From Octopus sinensis (lineage: Eukaryota), in NCBI RefSeq assembly GCF_006345805.1, contig NW_021832869.1, positions 59,111-123,110 on the forward strand: a stretch of 64,000 bases of DNA. Direction: 5' to 3'. A program made the translations under genes and the position numbers. The notes under the pieces are model-generated. The model was given only the letters and a program-made list of their open reading frames with translations. It did no database searches and was not told where the DNA came from. Shown piece after piece: positions 40,111-55,438 of the stretch (position 1 is the first letter of the stretch; every line of letters starts with the position of its first letter).

Positions 40111-40799
40111 AGTCGCTGAACAATCTAACGTGCGGCCAAACACAGAAGAAACCACCGCCAGTCAGGAATGCACATTATACTCACAATTCAGCATCCCCCG
40201 AATTACCGACGGTGATTGGTGGGGACAACTCGATACGATCCCCTCCAACGTCACATATTTCCGTTTTCAACGTCGTTGATGGATGGGGACGGACACGCTC
40301 GGCCATACTGACTCCCCCGTCTACAAATACTAAAACCAAAACCTCATTTTCTATGACGGAATACACAATAGACGTGATATATCATCAAAGCAGCTATGTT
40401 ATTCAACAAATAGGGCGGGAGGCAGTGTCAGAGTATGAACAGTCTTGACACTTCAAATAGTTAGTTCGAGGCAGTTCGACCACCAAAAACGACTCATCAA
40501 AGTCGCCCAAATATAAGACTCAACAAATCATCGTCATGTACTTTAACTGTGCTTCAATGAGGGATAATAATTGTCCCCAGAACTGGAGACACGAAGCGGG
40601 ACATTTGGGGTTGACCTCCTACACACCACCCATTGATAAACCGGAGAATACAACTAATTGGAAATATAAAACAATGTTTTGATGATCTGTCAAGCCAAAC
40701 GAGGAGTACAGCCATTTGAGAACCCAGTGTGTGAGGAGAATGTTTGGGCAGTCTGGGGAGGACCAGCAGTAATTTAAAAGATTAATAAAACAAAATTTT

Positions 40800-41550
40800 A
40801 ATAGTTGTCCAGACTGACTGCCAGGTTGTCGGCCACCAGACTGTCAATTGAGTGTAGAACTCCCCTCTTCCATTGTCCTACCACTCACGCACAATTCCTT
40901 CAGACACACTCCACTCTAAGGACCGACAGCACTCTCTCCCTCTCCGTCACTGCTCTCCTCCTGTATATCCCTTCTGAGCACACAATGTCTCCACACATGG
41001 CCATCGACGACAGGATGGCGAGGTGACTGGAATGTTGGTGGCACTGCAATCAGCATGGACAGTACTTGGCGATGGTCTCCGGGTGTCCCGCTATAGGTCT
41101 CAAACAGTTCGGACAACCTCGTAGTCACTGAACGAGTTGGGGAGGTTGTACATGTCCTCACTGTTGACGACATCTCCCTTCTCCTCCAGCAGGTGGAGGG
41201 AGGAGAGGACGACAATCTCCGGGAATAGTCCATGATTTGAGTGGGAGTGATCCCCCTCGGGTGTGCCTGCTGGACTGCCTCCAAGACGATTTCCTGGTCC
41301 TCCAATCTGCGTATGTAGTACTGTCCTCCCTTCTCGACAATATGGTAAAAGTCCAGAGCTGCCGTCTTGCACGCTTCTTCCCCGTAGTCCTTCCTGCATG
41401 TTCCCCACTCCCCGTGTGGTACACCGAACTGTCCGTGGCTGCCCCCTTCCCTTCCCGGGCCACCACCGCCAACTGTCCTTCCCATCGGTAAGAGTATAGA
41501 CTCACGATTTCTAAACTCTTCATTCATTCCTCTACCTTCTCCTTCCATTC
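40800..41550 (-). other. Unidentified GC-rich coding-like fragment (possible winged-helix)
   Basis: Open frames such as AHPRGITPTQI..VVLSSLHLLEEKGDVVNSEDMY; family not recognised. Confidence 0.3.
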
Positions 41551-41552
41551 TA

Positions 41553-44500
41553 TTATTATTATTAGAACCAAGATCACCGTCCAAAACATAAAACTAATTA
41601 ATCAGGTGATCCCGGCTTCTCTGAGGAGGGTCCTCAACTTTGCCCGGTGCTCCTCCCTTGTCCCGGCACAATTTCTGTGAGGGCGCGGTGGTGGTGTTTT
41701 AGGGCCTGTAGCCCCGAGGTTTCTTCCCAAGATTTCATTAAATGGGGCGATGAATAGATGTTCATTCGGTCCTTGTAGTGCTTTTCGAAAGCTTTCTTGA
41801 GTTTTTTCGATTTTAACGCGGTTCGTTTCACTGATAAACCCTCCCCACGCCTCACAAGCATAACTAAGGGAGGGTTCGATGAATTGCCGGTATATTGATT
41901 GGCGTGCGGGGAGGCTGATCCATTGTTTGCATTTTCGGAGAAACACTTTTAAGATGTTCAGTTTCTTCATGCAGCTAGTAGTAACATTTTCAACTTGTTA
42001 GGAGAAACACATATGACTATCGTAAGTCACGCCGAGGATTTTCTGGGATTTTTTAAAGGGATTTCCATGTTGTTTAGGTATAAGTTCACCGCCATTTTCC
42101 CAAGCTTCCTTGCTGAAGTCATAAGCGTAGTGACCGATTTTTCAGGACTCGTTGATAGTCGATTTAACGAGAGCCAACTTTCCAGATTGTGGAGGTAGTT
42201 CTGCAGTTTTGTACTTGCCGTTCACCTCACGGCTCCGGGTAGCAATTACAATGTCGTCAGCGTATGATAATACGATTGAATCTTTGTCGTTTGGTAGCGG
42301 GAGATCCGATAAGAATAAGTTAAAAAGAGCTGGTGAAAGGGGTGAGCCTTGAGGGACTCCGTTTGGAAAATATCGTGACATCGATCTTGTATTGTTTGAT
42401 CCTGCCTCTTCGGCCGCTGAGGAAGTTAGCTAGCCACATTTTCAGCCTTGGGTGAATTCCACTAAGGTATATTTTCCTGGTCAGTATTTTTCTGGGAACG
42501 GAGTCAAAAGCCTTATGGATATCCACTGAGCACATAACCGTTTTTTGGTTATACGGTTTGGTAGATAGTCCATCTGAGATAAAGTTCGTCAAAGTGACAA
42601 GGTGCGAGGTAGTTGATTTACCACATTTAAATCCATGTTGAAAGTCCAAATCCGGGAGATATTGTTTGATGTGGTTGAGTATAAGTTTTTCCAGAACTTT
42701 GGAAAGGACGCAGAGGAGAGAAATTGGCCTGTCTTTTGGTCTCCCTGGTTTCAGAATAGGGCAAATGTGTGCCATTTTCCATAATGTGGGTATTGCGTTA
42801 TTGTTTATAGAGAAGTTTTAAATTTGACAAAGAGCTGATATTGCCACCTGTCCTAGATTTTTCACCAGAATAGTAGGAATTCCTCAGGTCCACAGGAGCC
42901 AGTGCTTCTTAAATTTCTGATAGACACCTCCTCATGAGTGAGGATAATCATGTCCCGACATCTTCGAGGTTTCAACGACTTCAAGCATGGTCCATCATAT
43001 TTCCTGTGGGGGATGTTGCTGATCCCAGCGTAGAACTTTATCAGTTTGTTGGTGAAGGGAGCCGCATTATCCTCACCCGATTCAAATCTCTCTGGGTTTG
43101 TGAATCTTGTTAGGGATGACACACTTTTGTCAGTGGGACCTCCGCATTTAATCCTCTGGCGAACTCTTCGGCCCTCCCGTACCGTTTGTCTTTTGCAGAT
43201 TGTTCTATGACTTTATTCAGTAGTCTGATCCGATGCCGGTTATCTCTTGTAAGATGAGAGCGACTTTTCAATGAGTTCCGTTCCTCGATTAGAGGTAGGA
43301 TCCTCGAAGGAAATTTTCTTACTGGTTTTGGATAAATTTTCCTCATTCTTAAGAATGATTTTCTTCCAATCGAAATTGTTCGGTAGAAATGCTTGAGGGA
43401 GTTGTCGACCGAGTCGAAATCATGTACATCAAAGTTAACCAGTGCTTTGTCAATGGAATGGGCAAAATTGACCCAATCTGCGTGCTTGTAGTCGTATTTC
43501 AGGTTGCGGAACCCCTTTCTAAGGGGCGATTTGACTTGGACTTTTATAATTAACGGATTGTGATCACTCCGTAAATCGTAGGTAACGCCCCATTTGACCA
43601 GAGGTGCGAGGTTGGAAGAACAGAGGGTCAGATCGGGGGAGGTAGGCTTGGCCTTGGTGTTGTATGGAGTTATTGTGTGCAGTGAGGGGTTGTTCAGGAT
43701 TACAAGATTGTCCAATTGCTCGAGAATAGACTTTCCTCGGGAGTCAGCGGTTTGTGAGTTTAACCAATGCGGGTGTTTTGCATTCAAGTCCCCACAAATG
43801 ATTATCGAGATTATCAAACGGGCGTAGATCTGTGATAAAATGTTTCGGGCACGATTGGTGGGATGTACATATTGCAAATCACTATGTTTCCAAATGAGGT
43901 GGGGATAGTAATTGCAGAAAGTTCCAGTTTTTGCTTCCTTTAGAGCTGAGCGAAGGGATTCCCTTCTTAATAAGTGTTATGAGACCCCCTCCACGGCCCG
44001 AGGGTCTGTCCAGGCGTTCCATGTGGTAGTTGGGGAAACGTGGAGACCTCGAAGAAGGATTGAGTTTTGTTTCTTGGAGTACACATATGTCGATATCATG
44101 CTTGATCAAAAAAGAGTTTAGTTCTGTTGATTTTCCAGTAACTCCGTTGATATTTAGTTGGAGAATGTGTCTCTTTGGACCGGGATTAGATTCCACATCC
44201 CCACAGATAGCGAGAAGGGCAAAACGGGAAAGTGAGGTCGACAGAGAAGGCCGCCCCGGACTGACGATCACTACGTGCAAGTGTGGAGACTGACGTGTTC
44301 GACTACCTCCCCCTGTCATCGACGACCGAGTGTTTGCCGTGCACTGTCTCCCTCCATCGACTCGATTGACCACATTCGCACTCTCGACCGAATCCATCCC
44401 CCACGAAGTATACTCTCCACTCACTCCAGGGTGACTGACATTCTCTGACCCCGACGACTCCCCCTCGACTCTCCCAGGGGCATGTCTTTGGTCCCGACAT

Positions 44501-45070
44501 CACCACTCTGTTCGTCCACCACAATCACTTCATTGCCCGCGCTCACCAACTCGCCATGACTGTTCTCCCCATCTCTCACTCACAGGGATACAATTGGTGT
44601 CACTGTCCTCACTCTCTTCTCCGCCCCCAATTACTGCTACCGCACTGGCAACATGGCTGCCTTCATGAAGTTGGACACACACCTACACACTACTTTGTAC
44701 ACTCCCTCCCCTCATGTACAGTTCACTCACTCACCCCTCTCCGGCAACCACACTGACCTCCCCGACTACTTTATGTGACATGTTCTTATTGTGTTGGGCA
44801 TAATCTATTTCCACCCTTCTAGAGGAGTTCAATTCATTAGACACCTCAGTCTGGTTAATCAAGGTGATGTAGGTCACAGCCATGCAGAACTGAGTCCAGC
44901 CATGCAGTAGTTGTACTGAGGTCTCCGAATGAGCGGACAAAGTGCAAGTTGTGGAGTGGTGGGTTGGCCTTGCAAATGACGTATATAATGGCGGGGAAGA
45001 GCATGTCGGCATAAGTGGAAGGAAAAACCTTTGGCACAAGTGGATAGTCGACAACAAAAGTCTTTCAACC
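41553..45070 (-). mobile_element. LINE family B: putative PHD-like region, 2A peptide, APE endonuclease, RT, (TAA)4 tail; frameshifted; 5' boundary uncertain
   Basis: ILQLNING, CVLQETKL, CGDLNAKH, SPDLT, SDHNP, GVPQGSPLSP, SYADD; ORF ends GIT*. Confidence 0.88.
44176..44235 (-). other. 2A/StopGo ribosomal-skip peptide
   Basis: SRFALLAICGDVESNPG-P directly before the APE domain; DVESNPGP at 44199-44176. Confidence 0.85.
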
Positions 45071-45153
45071 TTTTGGAGTATATAATATTTGGTCTGTAGT
45101 GAAAGCAGATGTTAAAAAAACCTTGCTGAAAAAAGAGCTAATTTATTAAGTGA

Positions 45154-45900
45154 TCGTGAGACTCCCCTTGGTCGAAGGTAGTTGTCCGTTTTAGCGTGGA
45201 GGGTCGTCCCGGGTGGCATATTGAGTGTTCGGTGATGGCCACGGCAGTTTTCGAGCCTCAGATGGACATCCACAGTGGAGGATATGACCTCAAGTTCCCT
45301 CACCACGACAACGAAATGGCCCAGGTGTCCTTCCTTTTCGACGGTAGGCCTACTTCAATGGGGGGCCGTGGGTTCGCTATTTCCTTCACTCCGGCCACCT
45401 CACCATCAATGGCTGCAAAATGTCCAAATCTCTCAAAAACTTTATAACCATCGACGCTGCTCTCGCGGAGACCTCACCTCGAAGACTGCGACTTCTTTTT
45501 CTCTTGCACGTGTGGAATCAGCCCTTCGACTACTCCCCTGATGCCCTTGCAGAAGCTGCCACTTATGACAGACAATTCTCTGTTCGTCCACTTTGCTTAC
45601 TCGTAGGAGTTCCTCCTTTCTGCCAAATGGTACTGTCGGGAGGGTGGTGAAGACCAGTCTCTCCTTGCCGCGTATTACTATTGATGAGTGTCATAGACTG
45701 GAACACACGCGGACACTAGTCGACGATGCAATTTGCGGTATAGTAATAGGGCAGACAGTTTCAATACTCGTCAGTGTCTCAACGAGCTGAAGGCCCTCAT
45801 TTCCGTCGCCAATTCTGTCGTTCAGTCCACCATTGGGTCGCCAACGGGGGTGGCGTCAGTTCGAATGGTGGGGAATTACATCATATCGATATTGAAGGTG
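45154..45900 (+). pseudogene. CARS1: Cysteinyl-tRNA synthetase internal fragment, introns retained
   Basis: DSPWSK|[35 protein letters not shown]; 24-nt intron 45178-45201; N-terminal HIGH half and C-terminus absent. Confidence 0.88.
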
Positions 45901-46920
45901 TGTTGTGACGATAGTTGTTTGGAGTCCTTATGATTTAAATGCCTTTTCTATTTCAAGACAGTGTTGTCCCCGACAGTATGATTGGTGGTTCATTTGTTAG
46001 ACTTTTGTTAGAATTAGTCAATGTTGGCCATTGCATTTCAAGTTTTTGAGGTATTTTTTTAATTATATGAGAAGTTTGGCGGGAAACAACGGTTGAAAGA
46101 GTAGGTGGTTGGTTTATTTGTTAGTTTATTGACGATGTGTGTTTTCTTTAATTTATTAATATTAATTATTTATTTCTAACAAGGAATTATTTTAATAAAA
46201 TTTTAAATAATTTATTTTCTTGTGGTTTATACATTGACTAAAATTGTACCTCAATATATCAAGACTCACCTTCTGTCTCGTCAGGCTGTTGAGAACCTTT
46301 ATTTTCCTTTCCGTAGAAAGACTAATCCGAGTGTGCTTTGAAAATAGAAACACGTGAACAAAATAACTGAAATGTGTATTTACAATTAAAATATTTTTAA
46401 ATTTAATTAGTTTTCACTGAGAACCTTTATTTGATTTTTTAACACCGGTTAATATGGAGGCTGAAAAAAATAAGTATGGGTGGCCCAAGCGAGATGTCAA
46501 CATGTCGTCCTCATCTTGCGGCAGGGCAATTAATAATATGGAGGATGTGAGGTCTTTACTGAGACACTGGCAAATAGTCAACCCCCCATCATGATTGTTG
46601 TTAAAGGGACTGCCATATTGACACACCCACTTTTGTGTTTTGCAAGTAAAGGCGGTATTGAAAAAATAGGTCACTGTAGAATTCAAATGTTATGCGTTGA
46701 TGAAGGTCGTTCAGTTATATCCATTTAGACAAATAACCAGTAGTGAATCCACAATTTTATTAATGAATGTAGTAACTCGGTTGATTCGATAACTGACGTC
46801 TTGTTAATTACAAAGTGGTGACTTATTCCCTGTGTAATTATATTAGTATGTCTTTGCCGAAACGATGCATAAATAGAACGACCTATTAAATTGACATTTT
46901 CCGTATCGCGAATGTAGTTA

Positions 46921-48563
46921 ATGAAGGCAAGCAGTTCGGAAATATTGAGCAGAGTGACCTGCAAGTATTTCTATACGCTGACCGTCGCCGTCATGGGGAC
47001 TTCTTTCGCCTATGGACACGGAAATGGAGTTCTCGACGGAATGGAAAAAGTATTAGGTGAATAAAATGAGCCGTTAGTTTGCAAAAGAATTCACGAGGCT
47101 GATTTTATATTCTAGATATCAAAAAGAATACTCAGATACCGAATAATATGAAAAGCGTGGGGATTGATTTGGTCAGGGATATCGAGCATTTACTTGGTCG
47201 GGGCCATTGCGGGGGCATTCATAGCCCCGACCTTCGCAGATAAATTCGGGAGAAAGAAGGGTCTTCTCTACAACTCTGCAGTTGTTATACTCGGAGCAGT
47301 ATTGGGTGCAATAAGCAAGCCTGCCAACTCGTTCGAACTACTTTTTGTGTCCCGACTCTTCAGCGGTCTCAGCGTCGGTCTGTCGTTTATAAATAAGTTA
47401 GGAATATTGGTTCCCTGTGTGAGTATGTACGTCAGTGAAATATCGCCCAAAGAAATCCGAGGAGCAGCAATTGCTTTCCACCAGTTTGGCGTCACTTTCG
47501 GGATATTGTTCGCACAGATATTAAACATTCCGGCGATATTTCGTACTCTCACAGTTCTAGCCCATAGGTAATCAAAATTATTGGAATTGGTCATTTTTAA
47601 TTCCAGGGATTACATCTACACTGTTCGTTATTCTATTTTCTTTCCTGCCCGAGAGTCCACGATACATCTACTTAACAAAAAATGACAAAAATAGATCCTT
47701 CAAAGGTTTTTTGGCAGAATCTATTTTGTAGCATTGAACCAGTTCAGGAAAAAACAAGAATATTCTTATGAGGAGATTAACGAAATGGACCTGGAAATAA
47801 AAAATATATCCAAGAAAAACATATCATGGAGAGAACTATTTTCCACAAAGGACCTTAGCAAGCCACTCACAATAGTCTTTGTGACTCTCATCACCGTCCA
47901 ACTGACAGGAATTAACGCGGTTTGTACTCAAACTATCCTCAAATTTAGATATTTACGTTTGCCTCTAACATTTACATGACTGCTGGCTTTTCCGAAGATA
48001 AAATCCCTTACGCAGTTATTGGAACTGGTCTTGTCAACTGTATAACTACTATAGCTGCTGTAGCAGTCTTAGTTTGTACTTGATTAGGTGCCCTTCATTG
48101 AGATCTTTGGGAGAAGACCACTGCTACTGTGGCCACTCACTTCGATTATACTTGTTTAATTCTGATGGTCATATCCTTTGTCCAACAAGTGGGGATTCTC
48201 GCCATTTTATCCACCTACTTATTTGTTGTTTCTTTTGCAGTTTCGTTTGGTGTTGTCCCGCAGGCAATTATGGTTGAATACTTTCGCCAAAATGTCAGAG
48301 GAAAGCAGTTTCGGGGGCAGTTTTTTGCTGGAAACTTGACCAACTTTTTAGTTTTTTGGATTTTCAGGCCTGCACTTAGCCATGTTGTATTTATATTTCT
48401 ATTCGCCTAGGATACTGTTAAGCAGTACATTCTACTTTTTTTTACGGGAACTTGCTTTTGTTCGCTCGTGTTCCTATATTTGTACATGCCAGAGACTAAA
48501 GATAAAACGTTCGACGAGAACTCAACTGCCTTAAGCAACTGGGACACAGTTTTTAAAAAATAA
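46921..48563 (+). CDS. GLUT/SLC2A-family MFS sugar transporter; a few indels
   Basis: DKFGRK, EISPKEIRG, PESPRY, QLTGINA, GRRPLLL, PETKDKTFDE; introns 47378-47401 (24 nt), 47706-47731 (26 nt), 47920-47948 (29 nt). Confidence 0.92.
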
Positions 48564-49071
48564 ATCCCAAAACATCTAATATAAATAGCTTCAGATTCTC
48601 TCTAACATAACGGTCAATAGGAAGCACGTTTCGATTAATTACTATAGTCAATTATAAACATTATAAATATTTTTAATGACAGCGAATAAGCCATGTTTTC
48701 GCTCGGGCTTATTATTAATTTGTTTTTGCAGACAGCAACAAACGACACGAAATTCATTTTTGTGTATGATTACACAGTTCTGTGCATGAACATTGACTGC
48801 GCAGGGTTGCCGACACTGCCCATTCATATTCAAAACATGTACATCTCCAGCACCCACTTGAACCAAGGCATTAATATTTCAAAAACCATAAACAAATATT
48901 TATCCCATAATCAAAATTCATTTATCTCATCTTTCTACTCCGGCGGACTGCTCAATTTTGGTCTCATTTCCGCCAACGTCCCGACCAATTTCAACACACG
49001 CTTAATTTCACATGTTTTTCGCGAAATAACAATATCTACAATGAATTTATTAATTTCCCGAAAAACTCATT

Positions 49072-51285
49072 TCTTAATAATAAAATGGTATGGTGTCTGT
49101 CTGTCTGTGTGTGCACACCAACTTCAAATTGGCAAAGTACAGATAAATTGTCAAAATCTTTCCCCCTTAGCCAATAATGGGGAACAAGCTTAAAATCATG
49201 AACTCCTCCAAGAATCTTCCATCCTACGATGTCCTCGACTTACATGATGAGGTCCTTAAAACCTTCCCCCCAAAAAAATTAAAAAAAAAATTCTGCATTT
49301 GGTTAAAATGAACAACTACGATGTCCTCGACTTACATGATGAGGTCCTTAAAACCTTCCCCCCAAAAAAAATTAAAAAAAAATTTTCTGCATTTTGGTTA
49401 AAATGAACAACTACGATGTCCTCGACTTACATGATGAGGTCCTTAAAACCTTCCCCCCAAAAAAATTAAAAAAAAATTTTCTGCATTTTGGTTAAAATGA
49501 ACAACTACAATGTCCTCGACTTACATGATGAGGTCCTTAAAACCTTCCCCCCCAAAAAAATTAAAAAAAAATTTTCTGCATTTTGGTTAAAATGAACAAC
49601 GTTAATGTCCTCGACATTCATGATGAGGTCCATTAAAACCTTCGAGGCAAAATCTCACGTATTAAGAATATCCTTGATGAAAACGACAACGAGAATATTA
49701 ACAATGATGAACTCCCAATTATTCTCGATAAAGAAATTCAATTCATCCTATGATTTTCTCTTTAAAATTAAATGCATATATCATTATCGACCATGAATCA
49801 AAATTAAAGCTATTATCATATTTGACTTTGACAGAATGTGCAATTACAGATTGCACGACCTTGAATAGAGTGTGCAATAACAGATTTTGAAAAACACTTT
49901 GATAGTTTTTTTTTTTTTTTTTTTTTTTTTATTAAGGAAGTTAATTTATTAAGACCGAAAATAGTTAAGTTCCAGCGGCGAGGACGCAGTGTGCGTTGCC
50001 CCGAACAATGGCCAGGCGATGCGCTGGCGGAACCAGAGGCTCTCTCTCGAGTCCTTGAGCCTTAGCAAAATCATTAACACAATTTACCACCAATTGACAG
50101 CGCAATCAGAAGAATTTGCGTAAAAATATTAACTATTTAGTTAAGTTTTTCGTAAAGATAGAATTTATTTTTGGTATGCCTCTTTCCTAAACTTTTTTAT
50201 TATTCAAAAATAATTTTTTCAATAGATAACCGAAGGAGGGAAGACGATTTTAAGAAATAAGTTTTTCGTAAAGATAGAATTTATTTTCTGTATCCTCTTT
50301 TTTCCTAATATTTTTTATTATTCAAAATAATTTTTTTAAATAGATAACCGAAGGAGGAAAAACGAAGCTGAAGAAAAAACGGTCAGCTTAAGGTAATTAA
50401 TTAAATCTTTTTTGTGTGTCGCTTTTTTGGCTGCTGCTACTCTGCTTGCCGCATCTGCGCCTGCCCCATTTCCGCCAGTGGTTTGTCTAATCAAGGTCAC
50501 TAAGCTAAATCTCCGGACTATAAAGGCTCTTAAGCATTATCTTAATTGGCTGTTAAAAAATTAGACAGGTTGTTGCCGTGGCGGCAGAGATTTTTTTTGT
50601 TTATACTATTTTACAAATTTTTAAAGTTTTTTTTTTTATTTTTTGTTTTTAATTATTTATTTTTATTTGTTTTTTTTATTTTTTTTTGTTATTTTCTAAA
50701 AATTCAACCGGATTGAATTTTTAAACTCCTTAGATCCCTCTGGAATGCCGAATCATCTTTTAAAGTTAAAGATAGGCGTTCCAGTGGTTTTATTACAAAA
50801 TCTTGCGACACCTTAATTATGCAACGGAACGAGGTTAGTTATCAAAATTTGATGGCTAACGTAATAGAGGCGACGATATTAACAGGTAAGTATAGAGGTG
50901 AGGATGTTTATATTCCACGAATTCCGATAATTTCTGTTGAATTACCATTTAGATTTAAAAGGCTGCAATTTCCTTTGAGGATGAGTTTTGCAATGACAAT
51001 AAACAAGGCCCAGTGACAGTCATTAAAGGTAGTTGGGTTATTTTAGAGAGTGAGTGCTTTTCACATGGACAGCTGTATGTGGGATGCTCGAGGGTAGGCA
51101 GAAGAGAAAATTTATTCATATATGCCAAGAAGGACGGACGACAAACATCGTTTTATCAACAGGCGATAGAATAGGGCTACATTAACCAGGTAGTTTTATA
51201 CATCTACATAAACTTATAGTTGTTTGATGAAACAGGCCCTCCGCAGGAGCTAGGTCGCGGTGAGCGAAGCGAGCTGCCGAGCTAG
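49072..51285 (+). mobile_element. Non-autonomous Helitron 2 with ~94-bp tandem array (49225-49645) and PIF1 C-terminal remnant (about 50715-51173)
   Basis: TCTTAATAATAAAATGG start, hairpin + CTAG|T end; [22 protein letters not shown]. Confidence 0.92.
49906..50061 (-). mobile_element. CRE family 2 3' fragment with poly(A)25, nested in Helitron 2
   Basis: Minus strand encodes ...QRIALAIVRGNAHCVLAAGT* (with frameshift) followed by 3' UTR and A25. Confidence 0.8.
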
Positions 51286-51559
51286 TATAGAATAATGGCC
51301 TAATTATCAATTCGGCTCCCAAATCACACTCAATTGCTGTCCAGCTGTTCATAGAGCAATACCAGAGTCTTCAAGTATTCATATCTCGAGTAGCGAATTA
51401 AAAGTGAACGGATTCGTATCTTCTATTCTCTCGTACTGCCATAAAAAAATATTCTCCCACCTGATCTTCGTAGACAATGCCAATCAAATTATGAGTGAAA
51501 AGGAGCTCAACTTCAATCTTGTCATCGACGTGATCCATTGTTGTGCTCTACTGAGGCAA

Positions 51560-53822
<2,263 letters not shown>

Positions 53823-54974
53823 AACAAGAACGTTTGGGCGGACAATTTATTTTATTTATCTTTCTCAAAATAAATGTTTAATAATATAATTTATAAAGTA
53901 AAATTAGATTTTTCTTATTAGAACTATAATACTTTGGAAAGTTTGGATTACATCCTAATGAATTTTGACGCAGTTCGAAGTACAACTTTACAAATACAAT
54001 CTCATTTGGTGAAGCCGATCCACAAGTCAGGATAGTCTCCTTTATTATGGCCAAGTCCAATAAGTCATACATAAAAAGGTTAAAATAGATCTTTCATCCA
54101 GAATTTATTAAAATTATAAAACGGTCCCTATGATAGTCTATAACCATTTTCAGTTCAAGTTTGACATTTTTTATACCAATTCTGAAAATGCGACGTTCAA
54201 TTTTGAAAATCAGGGCACGTTATTTTTGACAAATCACCTTCACTTTATCGATAACTTAAACTTTTCTCGAAAAGTAAGGACGTAATTGTTCGAATAATGG
54301 AAGAGGTTAATCGTTATTTCTGTGCAGCTTGACTGAAGAAAAATCTGGAAAAGTCAGTCACGAATACTTCATTGTTATCAATGGAGCGAAAGTTCTTGAT
54401 GAACTTTATGGATATAAGTATTTGGAAGTTCTTGAGAGTTCAGCTGGAAAAATCGAAAATTTGAACTTGCTGAATAATTAATATTTAATAGTTTTTGTTT
54501 TAAACGCGACATCAACACCGATTTTTTCTCATCATTTGAAAATTTGACCTAACTTTTTTCACCATTTGAAAATTCGACCTAACCATGAATTTCGACCTAT
54601 TTCTCTACGCGTGAATTGGACAAAATTGCGCGTATTTCACAAGTATCGGGATACTTGGATTCGAATTTATCCAAAATTAAAGCTAGATTCGTCCCGTATC
54701 CTTTGCAATCCGAACCTTATAAAATTAAAAATTAATTTACAACTTGTCCCCTATAGCATAATTGTATTTACTACAATTCACGCCCATTTTCCTATTCATC
54801 TCTTGTAGTATTGATCATCACTCCCGATATGATGTATTTCGAAATTGAAAGATGTTTCTGTTGACGATTCTTCAGGTTACTTAAAATATGCCACCTTCTA
54901 CAGATTCGATGATCGGTAACAGATTTGTTTCTAGAATTCCTTGATAACGCTTGAATACAATCTCATTCGAAAAT

Positions 54975-55300
54975 GAATGCATCGTTGTATTGTAGCAATA
55001 CACCCAATATTCGAGAATGGAGACACATTTATTTTTATTAGGGCACTTAACTTCGATAGTGATCTCGTAATTGTCTGATTAAAGCGTTCTGCCATACCCT
55101 ACAGAATAATGTATTACATAGATAACCTGTGATCTAGGGTTATTAGGTCTGCTGTTGGATCTGTTGAATTTTGAACTTCTCGGAAAGAACCCGAATGTCA
55201 TTATTTTTAAATTCTGTCCCATTGTCCGATTGTAGAATCTGACAGGGACCATTAAGATGAAATAGAGACTAGAGATTTTTTGGAATATAAATTTAAAAAA
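54975..55300 (-). mobile_element. rve integrase remnant, same family as 8590-8990
   Basis: High nucleotide similarity; VPVRFYN..GQN..RPNNPRSQ. Confidence 0.7.
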
Positions 55301-55438
55301 CATTAAAATATTACTTTTTTGTTCCTCCGTTGCATGTTGGAGATGAATTTTGGCAAAATCGACTCTAACCTCTTCTGACTCTCCAATAACGCATTTTTAG
55401 GTAGTTAATTCAAAGGTCGTTAATTCAAAGAAACTCAT

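Larger units (their letters stand above)
48640..51540 (-). pseudogene. Unidentified host gene interrupted by Helitron 2
   Basis: Removing 49072-51285 joins ...GAELIIRPLFY|K*VFREINKFIVDIVISRK...; putative 25-nt intron near 51440-51464; cysteine-rich C-terminus. Confidence 0.45.

Noticed and set aside
40916-41584. 222-aa ORF starting MDGDLGSNNNN
   Set aside because: Start lies in the LINE B 3' UTR and (TAA)n tail; chimeric frame.
44261-44267. Hammerhead core CUGACGA
   Set aside because: No GAAA after a stem II, and it is antisense to the element.
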